The notes beneath the pieces were generated by a model. That model was given only the letters and a program-made list of their open reading frames with translations. It searched no databases and was not told where the DNA came from. DNA of 54,250 bases, counting the filler, from Squatina squatina (taxonomy: Eukaryota): the NCBI GenBank assembly GCA_031763465.1. It is 3 parts of 3 records of this genome, joined end to end, with 100 filler letters (N's around TTAATTAATTAA, not from the genome) between each part and the next. Parts side by side here need not be neighbours in the genome. Positions count along the whole stretch, not along the records: positions 13,594 to 40,046 come from JARFOE010000121.1; positions 40,147 to 54,250 come from JARFOE010000001.1; 1 more part is not named here. The stretch is one strand, 5' to 3'. The position numbers and the translations under genes were made by a program. Positions 34,931-48,283 of this stretch are shown here, in pieces; the stretch's first letter is position 1, and every line of letters begins with the position of its first letter.

Positions 34931-35359
34931 TTACGTAAGAGGGAACCACAGCAGCACCTAAAGAGGAAGAGTCCATTTAAAGAGGAGTGAGGAGCCACAT
35001 CGATTGGAGCCGGCTTTTTTATCTCGGCCTTTGACTGGGGCCTAGGCCTAAGACGTTGAGTGTTTGAGACTCTGGGGAAGGGACAGGTTGTCTCTAATGG
35101 ACCCTCCACTCCCACCAGCCTTCTGCTGCCGCCTCAGGGACTTCCAGCACCTGCCTCCTGGTGGTCCTTTGGGCGGATCAGCATGGAGAAGACTGGCAAA
35201 TGCAAATCTGGAACTCCCTGCCCCGAACAGCTGTTGAGGCTGGGGAAAAATTTCAAAACTGAGATCGATAAGATTTTTGTTCGGCTAGGGCGTTAAGGGT
35301 TGTGAAACCAAGGCGGGTAGATCGAGTTAAGACACAGATCAGCCATGGTCTAATTACAG

Positions 35360-35560
35360 TGGTTCGGTAGAATGGTGATTAAGATATTGGACTAGTAATC
35401 CAGGGGTCTGGGCTAATTATCTGGAGACTTGAGTTCAAATCCCAGCATGACTACTGGGGAATTTAAATTCAGTTAATTAAATAAATCTGGAAGGAAAAAG
35501 CTAGTGTCAGTAATGGTGACCATGAAACTATTGGACTGTCGTTAAAAACCCATCTGGTTC
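35360..35560 (+). mobile_element. tRNA-derived SINE 5' part (distinct from the Deu family)
   Basis: B-box-like GAGTTCAAATCCC at ~35431 after an A-box-like segment; a CR1 tail fragment (~35250-35355) precedes it. Confidence 0.6.
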
Positions 35561-35660
35561 NNNNNNNNNNNNNNNNNNNNNNNNNNNNNNNNNNNNNNNN
35601 NNNNNNNNNNNNNNNNNNNNNNNNNNNNNNNNNNNNNNNNNNNNNNNNNNNNNNNNNNNN

Positions 35661-35830
35661 GTCATTATCACATTGCTGTTTGTGGGAGCTTGCTGTGTGC
35701 AAATTGGCTGATGTGTTTCCTACATTACAACAGTGACTACACTTCAAAAAGTACTTCATTGGCTGTAAAGCGCTTTGGGACGTCCGGTGATCATGAAAGA
35801 TGCTAGATAAATGCAAGTCTTTATTTCTTT
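35661..35830 (+). mobile_element. Deu-domain SINE 3' half
   Basis: GTCATTATCACATTGCTGTTTGTGGGAGCTTGCTGTG...GGCTGTAAAGCGCTTTGGGACGTCC...ATAAATGCAAGTCTT. Similar 3' stubs at 27038-27110, 28442-28475 and 37907-37970. Confidence 0.88.
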
Positions 35831-38800
35831 GAATCTGGCTTTCCAAGTCTAATTGCTCTAAATCTTCTGTATTCAGGTGGTTTGTGGCAGGCATACCCAC
35901 AAAGGATTTGATGTTTGACACTGAATCAGTTAGTGTGACCTTTCTTCAATGCAGAGATGAACTATAAATCTGAAAACATGTTTTTTTTTGCTTTCAAGCT
36001 TAGAAAAGCAAGTTCAAAGGGTCAGCATCACTGGTTAAATTCAGGGACTGAGCCAGCTCATGAGATAAACACAGCAAAATCTATTAAATACATATTCATT
36101 ATGAGACTTTTATTAAATTTTAGGCTTTTACTACCTGCAAACAATTACATGGCTCCTTAATCGCAAAACAAATAAAAGTCAACGCGATTAAATATACAAG
36201 ATTCTAAAGCACATTATATTCACAACGGTAAAAAGAATATATCCTGTGGCTATATACAACAGGTCAGTCAGCATCTGAAAACATAGGTTAATGCTTAGGA
36301 GACACAGATTTTGCAAAAGGGCTGGAAAGGGAAGAGAGGGTGACGTATTTTATAGGACTGACTAAAACAAAGAGGGGACTGGTGAACAAGAAGTAATGGT
36401 CATGAATCTAACATGCTGAATACTAGTGCAAAGAATGTGGATTTAAGACTCGAGAATGGTTTTAGAAAAACTGAAAAGGACCCATATTTCGACACTATTT
36501 AGTGGATTTGACTTGGGACCATTAGATGTTGTTCTCAGCTCCCCTCCTATNNNNNNNNNNNNNNNNNNNNNNNNNNNNNNNNNNNNNNNNNNNNNNNNNN
36601 NNNNNNNNNNNNNNNNNNNNNNNNNNNNNNNNNNNNNNNNNNNNNNNNNNTTGATGGTGGGGGATTCGGCGATGGTAATGCCACTGAATGTCAAAGGGTA
36701 GTATTACTTCCATTTAGATTCCAAAAATCCAAATAACACTGGGAATATTTTTAGTAAACTAGACTGACTTTTTTGGCCTGGACATTTTTGTTATTCAGTA
36801 TTAATTATTAGATAAAAGTGGGGTTTAATACTTGTATTGAGGCCAGATTAGACCCCGCATTGAAATCTGAGCAGCATTTATCACAAGTTTGAATAATGCT
36901 TGTTGAATTAGAATTGATTTTTGATGTACCCACTTAAGGAGTAGATTTTGCAGTGTTGGTTAGTTCAAGTCATAAAGGTTTAATCAGGAGGTACTCATTG
37001 GCCTTTATTACATTTAACATCCACCATTCTCATGAGTAGTGTGCTAGGATCATTCTGCAAATTCCAAGATCAAAATAATTTGTACATCTTGGAAAAGTCA
37101 TTTGAAAAAGTATTAGGTGGCTCGCTACACTAAGCAGAATAAACAGGCCAAATTCAGTGTAGGCGATTGAAGCATAAACACTGGCATTTGACGTGGAGGA
37201 GGAAGAAGCTAACGTTTGGTCTCACTGGCTGTTCCTCATTCCACCAGGTGGATCTCCATCTGCCTCCCAGTGCTGACATTCACTCGATTAGTAGCAGCTG
37301 TGAACTGTGGCCTCATTCCCATGGAGACAAGTTTGAAATTATGAGCATATTAAATTCTCTAGCAGGTGTCAGTAAGAGTTAACCTTTATCGGATGTCCCT
37401 GGGTAAGACTTGAACTCGGGCGCTCCTGCTAACTTTAAATTTGAAGCAATTTACTTAATTTTTACCACCTCAGGTCTTCGACAAGTTACTTGGGGAGCAG
37501 GAGACAGGAACGTGAAAGAGAAACATGCATGACTGAGACTCCATTCACCCCAAAATTAGGTTACCAGCGTTTTAGGAAAATTTCCTGCTCCTACCGCGCG
37601 GAAGGTCAGACAAATAATTAAACAAGTGGAGGGGCTTCAACCCAGCTGGTGGTGTTGGAGGTTAGCCAGCCAAGTTCATTCCAAAAAAAATTGGTCAGCT
37701 TTTACTACAGTCAAAAAAAATCATTGTTGACTTTTTAGAAATGCTGTCGTTTTCAGCAATCTGTAAAGGAGGTGAAGAAATTGTTACAAATAACTCTCGG
37801 TGAGATNNNNNNNNNNNNNNNNNNNNNNNNNNNNNNNNNNNNNNNNNNNNNNNNNNNNNNNNNNNNNNNNNNNNNNNNNNNNNNNNNNNNNNNNNNNNNN
37901 NNNNNNGCGCTTTGGGATATCCTGAGGTTGTGAAAGGCGCTATAGAAACGCAAGTCTTGCTTTTCTCTTTCAGATGCCTCTCATCATGCATTATTAATAA
38001 CTATAAGTAAAATTTATTCTTACAGTAGCTATCTTCGATTTTTGCTTGTTCCTTTTTACATAAATCATGCAATCTTAAAGTACAAATCAAGCTACGTAGC
38101 TATATGGTATAATCTGTTTCGGATAGAATAATCATTAACTGCTGTTGGTGTTCCATTCTGAGGCACATCTCTGCACATCGCTTGAGTTTACTGCTTGATG
38201 GAGTAGTTCTGTTCCTTGACCTACGACCCTGAAAACACAAATTTAAGATGGAGCGCAGCGTCAGTACTTTTTTTGTCAAAGTGCCTTCTTATTTTCTTTA
38301 AGCATTGACTATTTGAAAGCACAGGTTAAATACCTCCTGAAAATGAGTCCAACTGTGTTCACCAAAATACTCCTTCAGCTAAATCAAATCGGACACCCAC
38401 ATGCTCAGCGCACAAGGAGTTACTTTTATTTGAACCATGTTCGCATTTTTTTGGGTAATTTTCCCAAATCATTTCATCTGATAAGCGTGGAAGGCCTTTG
38501 GGGAAATTTAAAGCAAAGATTGTACATAACCTCCTCTGACTTATATATTTTTGTAAAGGACACAATTAGATGCTATTAATTCCCTTGATTAAAACTGTAT
38601 ATTAGATCATTTCTTGTGTGAGCATAGAAAACGAAATGTGAAATGATTTTTGAATCTGTATGAGGAAATACCAGGCTGCTGTAGATCGACTTGAAGGGAT
38701 AATTTTTAATGGAAGAGAAAGGAGGTCANNNNNNNNNNNNNNNNNNNNNNNNNNNNNNNNNNNNNNNNNNNNNNNNNNNNNNNNNNNNNNNNNNNNNNNN

Positions 38801-40046
38801 NNNNNNNNNNNNNNNNNNNNNNNNNNNNCTGCTTGATCTGCCTTTGGACAACTCCGAGTCTCACCGTGGGCTGCATCCGTCCCCAACCCAACACTTCATC
38901 CTCAGCCTGCACCCTGCCCGAGACACCAGCCGCGCCCCAGGGACATCTCGCCAGGTAATTATTCACTCATTCACCGCCTGCTCCTGTCCTGTCCTGGTTA
39001 TTGTCGAGAGAGGCTGAATTAACCCTGACTGCAGCAACCGCGATTCTGCACTCTTATCAGTAAACGCAATGTGATTTAATTTCTATCTTATTCCTAATAT
39101 GCAACATGCAATGCGATTAGTGCTCATGTATTATTGAAACCGAACTCCTTGTCGAGGTGACTGCTGACACAGTCTTTGGTTCAAATAGTATTATCCGATG
39201 CCAGCAAACTGAAATTTGTGTTCACTTTAATCACTGGAATATATTTCTACCTGTTAGTTTTTTAAAAATCATTTCAAGCTCTGATATTAGTGAAAAGTAC
39301 CAGTTGTAAAGTGATGTAGCTCGGTGCCACTGTCAGTGCGGAGACAAATGTTAGCTGTTTGCTGAAATCCGGGAGCTTTCCGTTAAGGGAAATCCCTGAT
39401 TGGCAAAATTCCACTTCCAGCAGATCTCCATCCCGCACTCTAGTGTGGTTCAGAGCCTGCGGATTAACAAGATCGCAGCTTCGACTCTTGCTCTGATGTG
39501 CATTGCCTGACACGGGTCAGGGAGAGAGCTTGGGTGTCTCAGGGCTTTTTTTAAAAAAGAGATTCCCGCTTGGAATTGTGATCCAGCGACTCCTATTCCA
39601 AGTCCAGCTGTGTGGAGTTTTTGATCAGGCTCAGCTGTGATGGTCAACATGGTCGAATAGCCCGATGGCACTCGCCTTCCAGGCTGGCAGGTGAAGAATG
39701 ACCATTTGAGCGAAGTGCAGGTAGACTGCGGAACCGTACCCAGTGAAAGTTACCACCTGAAGGAACAGAGATGGGGAAACTAGAGGGAAAGATAAGGTAA
39801 CAGGTTATAGATGGACCCTCCAGTACACACTGGAGGAAGTCGAATACAATCAGTGTAGGACAGTCCACTCATTCACCCTAATAACTAATGCAATAGTGAC
39901 AGACCTGTTGGGTTAGATTGTGTGTTAAAATCTGAAGGCAGTAACATTTTTATTGATAACAGATGGCGAAGTCTGTACAATTGGGCTATTCTACTTAAGC
40001 TTTCCAAAGTACACTTGATTTGCTTTGATGTGTTTTACTACTGTGG

Positions 40047-40146
40047 NNNNNNNNNNNNNNNNNNNNNNNNNNNNNNNNNNNNNNNNNNNNTTAATTAATT
40101 AANNNNNNNNNNNNNNNNNNNNNNNNNNNNNNNNNNNNNNNNNNNN
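40047..40146. other. Artificial scaffold linker N44-TTAATTAATTAA-N44
   Basis: Same six-frame-stop 12-mer, at 40091-40102. Confidence 0.95.
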
Positions 40147-41947
40147 ACTACAGCACCACTGCAAGCACTGCAGCCGAGATCAGCTAACTCTGCAGCGACT
40201 GGGACTGAGGCTGGGTCCTTCTTCGCCTTCGTTGCTCAGGCTCACTTGGGCAGCACCTTTACCAACTGAGCCACCAGAGGCACAGCAACGTCCCAGCTTT
40301 AAAGGGATCCCAGCAAATGTTGAAATGTAAAATATTCTCATAACCATTCAGCTTGGACTTGGTAAGAAAAATAGTGAAAATGATGGCAGACATTTTTGTT
40401 AAGGGTCACAGATGCAAGGTGAAAAATAAAGTGGTATGAGAATTTTTTGAATTAGCAGTGAGGATATCAAATGCAGCACGTAAAGCCGCAGAGGCTTCAC
40501 ATTGCAGAATTAAACTGGTCACACATAAATGCAACAGGTTCACTGCACCTTTGATTACTGTGTTTCAAGTTTGCTGTGTCTGATCCCTGGAGGTAACTCA
40601 AATAAGCACTGCATCGTTCAGCATGTCCCAGTCACTTCATGAGTTATAGCTGCAATTATTCTAAATGACTCCCTGTCATTTAGAAGGAAAAGCACATGCC
40701 CTATACTTCTCAGCCTCCTTTGTAACATAAACATCTGCAGAGACAGCTGAATAACAAAGAAATACCTTAAGGTTATAGACCCATTGACAAGCTGCTGAGG
40801 CAGCAATTGGAATCTGCCTGACAACCTGCCATTTGTAGCTCATTGAGAATCTATAAAAGTTGTTTGTAGGGCAAAATAACATGCACTTCAAATGTGGTGA
40901 GATCATCACAGGACATATCTCTCTAATTGGTTAAAATTAAAGCCTCATTTATTCCTAAAAGTAAATTATCTTTGGGAAGTGGCACAACAGATTGATTAAC
41001 AACAGAAGCTGGCAGTGTGGTTTTTGTTGCAGAAAANNNNNNNNNNNNNNNNNNNNNNNNNNNNNNNNNNNNNNNNNNNNNNNNNNNNNNNNNNNNNNNN
41101 NNNNNNNNNNNNNNNNNNNNNNNNNNNNNNNNNNNNNNNNNNNNNNNNNNNNNNNNNNNNNNNNNNNNNNNNNNNNNNNNNNNNNNNNNNNNNNNNNNNN
41201 NNNNNNNNNNNNNNNNNNNNNNNNNNNNNNNNNNNNNNNNNNNNNNNNNNNNNNNNNNNNNNNNNNNNNNNNNNNNNNNNNNNNNNNNNNNNNNNNNNNN
41301 NNNNNNNNNNNNNNNNNNNNNNNNNNNNNNNNNNNNNNNNNNNNNNNNNNNNNNNNNNNNNNNNNNNNNNNNNNNNNNNNNNNNNNNNNNNNNNNNNNNN
41401 NNNNNNNNNNNNNNNNNNNNNNNNNNNNNNNNNNNNNNNNNNNNNNNNNNNNNNNNNNNNNNNNNNNNNNNNNNNNNNNNNNNNNNNNNNNNNNNNNNNN
41501 NNNNNNNNNNNNNNNNNNNNNNNNNNNNNNNNNNNNNNNNNNNNNNNNNNNNNNNNNNNNNNNNNNNNNNNNNNNNNNNNNNNNNNNNNNNNNNNNNNNN
41601 NNNNNNNNNNNNNNNNNNNNNNNNNNNNNNNNNNNNNNNNNNNNNNNNNNNNNNNNNNNNNNNNNNNNNNNNNNNNNNNNNNNNNNNNNNNNNNNNNNNN
41701 NNNNNNNNNNNNNNNNNNNNNNNNNNNNNNNNNNNNNNNNNNNNNNNNNNNNNNNNNNNNNNNNNNNNNNNNNNNNNNNNNNNNNNNNNNNNNNNNNNNN
41801 NNNNNNNNNNNNNNNNNNNNNNNNNNNNNNNNNNNNNNNNNNNNNNNNNNNNNNNNNNNNNNNNNNNNNNNNNNNNNNNNNNNNNNNNNNNNNNNNNNNN
41901 NNNNNNNNNNNNNNNNNNNNNNNNNNNNNNNNNNNNNNNNNNNNNNA

Positions 41948-42210
41948 CTTGATGTCATCAAGACGCACGCCGACCCGCACCGCGCAGCCGCACCCCCCTC
42001 AGAGGTCTGTTAGCGTTCCGTGGGCAGAATTGACCCACAGGAGGTGGCCACAGCACCGGGCAGTTGCAGCGACAGCAAAACCTGTTGCTGCAACGACCCT
42101 CTTAAAGGGGAGGGTCTGTACGTCTGCGGCCACCATCTTAGTTTATCGGCCGACTTTGTTGTCGGCCGACTGATGGCAGCCCTCAGCGCTCCTGATGTTA
42201 CTGGCGTGGC
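41948..42210. mobile_element. GC-rich MITE-like element, same family as 18491-19138
   Basis: Aligns with the reverse complement of ~18680-18975 (GCAGCGACAG...AAACC...TTAAAGGGGAGGG...TTTATCGGCCGAC). Confidence 0.7.
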
Positions 42211-42772
42211 AACATAAATGCAAGTATATTAGATTAAATAAAAATATCCAGAATGACAAAGTAGATAGCAATAGATATTTACCACTAGAGGGGGTGAACT
42301 CACCATCTTAGCATGGCATTTAAGTGATTTTCTCCTTGTCCACATCTTCAAAGTTGCAAGTAGATTCAAAATAAATTGATAGGGCTTCCCCAAAGGCAGT
42401 TGTACTGCTAGCTGTATTTGTAGTTTACACCTGGTAACTGTAATGCTATCAGCTATTTAAATGTCCCCTGTTTCCAAGCACCAATGACTGGAAGCAACTT
42501 CAGGGGCTGTTCCTAAAGGACTTGTCCTCAACAGGACCCCAGTTTCATATGTCAAGATAGTTTTACTCCTTTCATTTTTTTTTGTTCTCTTCAGATGACA
42601 GTAACTCATGCTGGAGTATAGTTATATGAGTAACAACAGCCCGCTACTTCCTATACCATGTGACTATTCTTCNNNNNNNNNNNNNNNNNNNNNNNNNNNN
42701 NNNNNNNNNNNNNNNNNNNNNNNNNNNNNNNNNNNNNNNNNNNNNNNNNNNNNNNNNNNNNNNNNNNNNNNN

Positions 42773-43425
42773 CCACATTTCCTCTCTATCACACAGACCA
42801 CCTGGGTCCACCTCTGTAACATTGCCCGTCTCTGCCTCTACCTTGGCCACTGCTTCCGTAACCCTAATCCATGTCTTTTCCACTTCCAGACTATTCCAAT
42901 GCTCTCCTGGCTGGCCTCCCATGTTTCATCCTCCATGAACTTGAGCCCATCAAAAACTCTGCTACCCATATCCTAACCCACAACAAGTTCCGCTTACCCT
43001 TGTGCTCGCTGACCTACATTAGCTCCCAGTCCCCTAATGTCTCACATTTAAAATTCTCATCTTCATGTTCAAATCCCTAGATGGCCTCACCCATCCTATC
43101 TCTGTAACTTTTGCCAGCCTTACAACCCTTTGGGAATTCTGCCTTCCTCCAACTCTGGCCTCTTTTGCATCCAAAACCTTTTCACCTCACCATTGCTGGC
43201 TGTGAATTCAGCCATGTAGGCCCTAAATTCTGGAATTCCCTCCCTTAACATCTCTGCTTTTCCATCTGTCTCTCCTCCTTTATGGCTCTCCTTAAAACCC
43301 AGCTCTTTGACCAAGCTTTTAGAGACCCCTCCTAACATCTCCTTCTTTGTCTGATTACGCTTCTGCGAAGTGACTTGGGACATCATTCAATGTTAAAAGC
43401 ACTACACAAGTGCAGGTTGTTGTTG
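42773..43425 (+). mobile_element. L2 LINE 3' portion
   Basis: Decayed LIHVFSTSR-DYSNALLAGLP...ELEPIKNSATHILT, ending GCAGGTTGTTGTTG. Confidence 0.87.
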
Positions 43426-44247
43426 TGTTAAAGCTATCAAGCAGGACAAGGGGACATTATTGATCAAATCTAATAGCTTAGGGGGAATGATTGACATTGT
43501 AATAATCCCAGATTGACACACACAGTGACATGGGAAAGTCACTGCACCATTGGAAGCTCTGAACTGACAACCTTTGTTATTTGGGATTCAATAGGCCTTT
43601 TCAGTAACTCAATTAGAACAGAAACAAACTGTGTAATTGATGAGACAGTCAATCCTTTTCTTGGATATTAGGTGACATAGTAACAGGTAGAGCCAGAGGC
43701 ACTATCCTATCCTTCCTGAGAACCAGTGTAGAAACCACAACAGATACATGGCAACCAGAATTTCTGGCTAATTCGCCAGGTGTTTCTGAAATATTAGCAA
43801 CGGTAGGCTTGTGGTTTTTCAAGCCACTCATATTTTTCCACATCATTTTTATATTTACTAGTCTATCTCCTGTGGAATCAAGACCAAGTGCCGCCTTCTG
43901 ATCAAGCTGGGTTAGGGGGCTAGGGATAATTGGAGCAGGTCAAACAGTGGCTTTTTGAGATCATGAAGTTGCACTCTAATGAAATCCTGAATTATAATGG
44001 TGGCCCTCAGTCACTGTTCGTGGTTCTACTGATTCCCACTGGATTCAGTTTATCCGCATGAAGAGATATTTTTTGTTTGTTGGCCAATAAAGCACCAGAT
44101 GCACGGTGCAAATTGAGTAACACCAGAATTTTTTTTGTGAAGGTCTCTAACTGGCAACAGACATAACTGATTATGTCTTGGTTAGGTATTTTGTGGTATT
44201 GAATTTACCTCCTGTTTTGAACATTTTTTTAAAAAAAAGGTCAGATT

Positions 44248-44351
44248 AAGGGCGCCCAATTCGGGTTTTCTAAGTTTCTGGCGCTAAGGGCCAAATCTGG
44301 CAGCACAAAGTTCAGGGGCGCCCAATTCGTAGTTTTATTTAGATGTTAAAA
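44248..44351 (+). mobile_element. MITE terminus (GGGCGCCCAATTCG, duplicated); family shared with 51500-51653
   Basis: GGGCGCCCAATTCGGGTTTTCTAAGTTTCTGGCGCTAAG is close to the reverse complement of CTTAGCGCTAGAAACTTTAAAAACCCGAATTGGCCGCCC at ~51615-51653. Confidence 0.55.
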
Positions 44352-45781
44352 NNNNNNNNNNNNNNNNNNNNNNNNNNNNNNNNNNNNNNNNNNNNNNNNN
44401 NNNNNNNNNNNNNNNNNNNNNNNNNNNNNNNNNNNNNNNNNNNNNNNNNNNAACATTCTTATGATGAAGTTGAAGAAAAATGTAATTTTTTTCCCCAAAT
44501 TGAAAAATGGCCAGTAATTTTAAGAATCCCTTTTAAAAGCAGTTATAGTATTCAAATAATGTTTCTTAAAACAACCTAAATTTTCTGGTTAAGTGGATGA
44601 CTTTGATGATGCTGATCTTAATTGTCTATGATCATTTTATTTACTTATGCTCAAATGCAAGACAACACATTCCATGATGGCTTTTAGACATCAGTCTTCC
44701 TGACAACATTGATTTTGCAGAAAATGCAAAAATATAAAGAAAGATAACTTTCTGTTGAGATGTCAGTAAATTAAGATATAATTTATTTGAATAAAATCAG
44801 TTACTGAACTATTTATGTCAAGTCAAGAGATATAAATTGCACATTTTGGTCTAGGCATTGTAGACAGTGTTGGTTGAAGCATTACAGTAGAGGTTAGGTA
44901 CTTCTTAGTGGCAATGAAAAGAGGAAATTGAAGGGTGACTTACCCTAGTCTGCTCTTATACACCTCTGAATGGTCTGATACAGAACAGTGCTGTTATAAG
45001 CCCTGGAGAAGCTCACCTCACCCTCTTACTGATAGAAATGTACTTTAAACAAGGAAACCCAAACACTAATGCACGTAGAGAAGGTAACAGTTTTAAGCAT
45101 TTGCATATAAAAATAAACCAAAAACCTTAGTTCTTGAATTCTGTCTTCCATGGCTGGAAGATTGTTCCTAATCTGAATAATTCGAGCCTGCAGAGCATTC
45201 TGATCATTATGCGTGTATGAGGGAACAATAAATTCTGTCAACAAAATGAAGTAGAAGAGAGAAAAAGAGACATTAAAGTGATAACAGTGAACAACCAATA
45301 AACCAAGCACAGCAAAACAAATAATGGTGAAATTCAAAATATAGGCGTATTAATGATATTGAAGTTTCCCATGGTACCAAATAAAGGAGAATGGTAAACT
45401 GTGGGGAAAACTATTAAGATTGCAGAAGATATAAAGAGGCTGTGGAGTTGACAGATATGTAGCAGATGAGTTCAGGAAAAGTGAAANNNNNNNNNNNNNN
45501 NNNNNNNNNNNNNNNNNNNNNNNNNNNNNNNNNNNNNNNNNNNNNNNNNNNNNNNNNNNNNNNNNNNNNNNNNNNNNNNNNNNNNNTTGCACAAGGACAA
45601 GATCAGGTTTGGCTATATGCCCCCTCTTTTTCCACTCTGCCCCTGGTCAAATAGCCTACCTAGTGAATACTAAGACTTCACCAGCAAGGCTCATGTATGA
45701 ATACTGGCAACTTAAGTGCTGTGAACCTGTGGGAATGTACTTCAGCAGGATATCAACACCTTCAATGCAGGAAGTGGAAAG

Positions 45782-46240
45782 GGGGCAAGAGAGAGAGAGA
45801 GAGAAAAAAAAAAAAGAGAGAGAAAAAGAGAAAAGAAAAAGAAAAAAAAAGTTGCATTTATATGGCACCTTTCATATCTTAAGGATGTCCCAAAGTGCTT
45901 CAGAACCAAAGAGTTTGTTTTAAAGTACAATTGCTGATGTTATGTAGGCAAATATGGCAGCCAATTTGTGTACTACATAGTCCCACAAATGACTAGTTAA
46001 TCTGTTTTGGTGATGTTGGTTGGGGATAAATTTTGGTCAGAACGCCTGGAGAACACCCTGCTCTTCAAATAGAGCCATGGGATCTTTTACATCTCACCTG
46101 AGTGACGGCACCTCCGACAATGCAGCACTCCCTCAGTACTGCACTGAAGTGTCAGCCTAGATTATGTGCTGCAGTGGGTCCTGACTCCACAAGCTTCTGA
46201 CTCAGGAGGTGAACGAGCTACCAGTGAGCCAAGCTGACAC
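45782..46240 (-). mobile_element. Deu-domain SINE with purine/pyrimidine microsatellite tail (45782-45850)
   Basis: Aligns with 21477-21933 over most of its length, with internal deletions. Confidence 0.85.
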
Positions 46241-47163
46241 TTGAAAGCTCTAAAGAAGAAGATAGTTAATAGATGGGTAGCAGTGAATACCAAGAGTTCC
46301 CACTCCCCAGGATTAGTCCTAGGTCCCATCATATTCAAATGAATAAATATTGGCTAAAGATATTGTAAATAGAATGAAGTTTTTGGATATTAAATTAGGT
46401 GGAAAGCAAGATGTTCTGAGGAGACAGATATAATTGAGAGAAATTTGGACACTTAGCAAGTGAGGAGAAGAATGAAAAATATAATTTCAAGTTTGAAAAA
46501 TGTACCATACTGAAAACTCTGCAATCATTTGGTGGCATGAGCACCAATGGTGCTATATACACACAAAGGCAATTATTAACTAGTTCAAGTCCAAGTACTA
46601 AGCTCTACCTCTCCACCCCTCCACTGTGTCTGTTGTCAGACTGCTTATCCGACATCTTGGATGATTATCAATTTCCTCCNNNNNNNNNNNNNNNNNNNNN
46701 NNNNNNNNNNNNNNNNNNNNNNNNNNNNNNNNNNNNNNNNNNNNNNNNNNNNNNNNNNNNNNNNNNNNNNNNNNNNNNNCTTATGTATGGTTTCCTCAGA
46801 GTGGGCATCATGAATATTTCATTGCAAGTAATAACGACACTCTAAAGTTTACTTTAGTTATTCACATAACCACAGTGACAGCCTTTAATCAGTTTAGCAA
46901 ATTAGAAGCTTCACCCTTAGACCTGAAGAGTCAACTGACTGACTTATGTATTTTCAGGTTTTTCTGATCTTGGATTTTCAGCATCTGCAGTATTTTTTTT
47001 AATTATTTACTTTTTTTTTAAAAAGAAATTTCACTCTGTTGTACTGTTCCAAATACAGTTTCTCACTTATGACATCTATTCCCATTAAGTTATGATAGCA
47101 TACTTCGGTTGTTACAACAACTGGTTCAGATGCAGTTAATGAAAAATCTTTCCGAAAACAAAC

Positions 47164-47298
47164 CTGCCACAGTGAACAACAACAGCCACCAAATCATACA
47201 TGCGGTCCAAATTAATAGCATCTCCTGATGTATTAAACAGCCTCAGCTCCAGTGGAAACACCACTCGGTAAGAGAGTTTTGTGTATCGATGTAATTGT
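47164..47298 (-). CDS. USP46: USP46 exon, 3' part (5' part in gap)
   Basis: [44 protein letters not shown](S)|gtttgt. Confidence 0.93.
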
Positions 47299-48199
47299 NN
47301 NNNNNNNNNNNNNNNNNNNNNNNNNNNNNNNNNNNNNNNNNNNNNNNNNNNNNNNNNNNNNNNNNNNNNNNNNNNNNNNNNNNNNNNNNNNNNNNNNNNN
47401 NNNNNNNNNNNNNNNNNNNNNNNNNNNNNNNNNNNNNNNNNNNNNNNNNNNNNNNNNNNNNNNNNNNNNNNNNNNNNNNNNNNNNNNNNNNNNNNNNNNN
47501 NNNNNNNNNNNNNNNNNNNNNNNNNNNNNNNNNNNNNNNNNNNNNNNNNNNNNNNNNNNNNNNNNNNNNNNNNNNNNNNNNNNNNNNNNNNNNNNNNNNN
47601 NNNNNNNNNNNNNNNNNNNNNNNNNNNNNNNNNNNNNNNNNNNNNNNNNNNNNNNNNNNNNNNNNNNNNNNNNNNNNNNNNNNNNNNNNNNNNNNNNNNN
47701 NNNNNNNNNNNNNNNNNNNNNNNNNNNNNNNNNNNNNNNNNNNNNNNNNNNNNNNNNNNNNNNNNNNNNNNNNNNNNNNNNNNNNNNNNNNNNNNNNNNN
47801 NNNNNNNNNNNNNNNNNNNNNNNNNNNNNNNNNNNNNNNNNNNNNNNNNNNNNNNNNNNNNNNNNNNNNNNNNNNNNNNNNNNNNNNNNNNNNNNNNNNN
47901 NNNNNNNNNNNNNNNNNNNNNNNNNNNNNNNNNNNNNNNNNNNNNNNNNNNNNNNNNNNNNNNNNNNNNNNNNNNNNNNNNNNNNNNNNNNNNNNNNNNN
48001 NNNNNNNNNNNNNNNNNNNNNNNNNNNNNNTTTTCAATTGTTCGAATCAACTCCTAGCCTTGGTTAAGCACTGCCAAGCCTTTTGATTTGTTATTTGGCA
48101 GTTTTGTCTTCCAAAGTCTTTTTTTTATTTAAGTAAATTCACCCACAGAACAAAAAGATGCAATGATGGATTACAGGTTGTACACCTGTATATGCTCAC

Positions 48200-48283
48200 C
48201 TTTTCTGAGCTTCCTGTTTACTGCAACATGTTTCACAATAATACTTGTGTTCACTGCACAGTGTTTCTGTATTACTGAAATCT
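48200..48283 (-). CDS. USP46: USP46 exon (84 nt, fingers zinc site)
   Basis: cag|[30 protein letters not shown]|gtgagc; [12 protein letters not shown] is USP46-type. Not in the ORF track. Confidence 0.95.

Noticed and set aside
42560-42672. Strong plus-strand acceptor at 42594, possible exon of a USP46 neighbour
   Set aside because: Stops within 12 codons in all frames and no recognisable peptide.
45026-45337. Minus-strand ORF ending HFYQ*, considered as the USP46 last exon (ILFYQSRE*)
   Set aside because: The upstream residues do not match KIDAQAIEEFYGLTSD.
40955-48086. Long ORFs of 258-393 aa in the ORF track
   Set aside because: Almost entirely X from N gaps; only the USP46 segment 47164-47298 is real.
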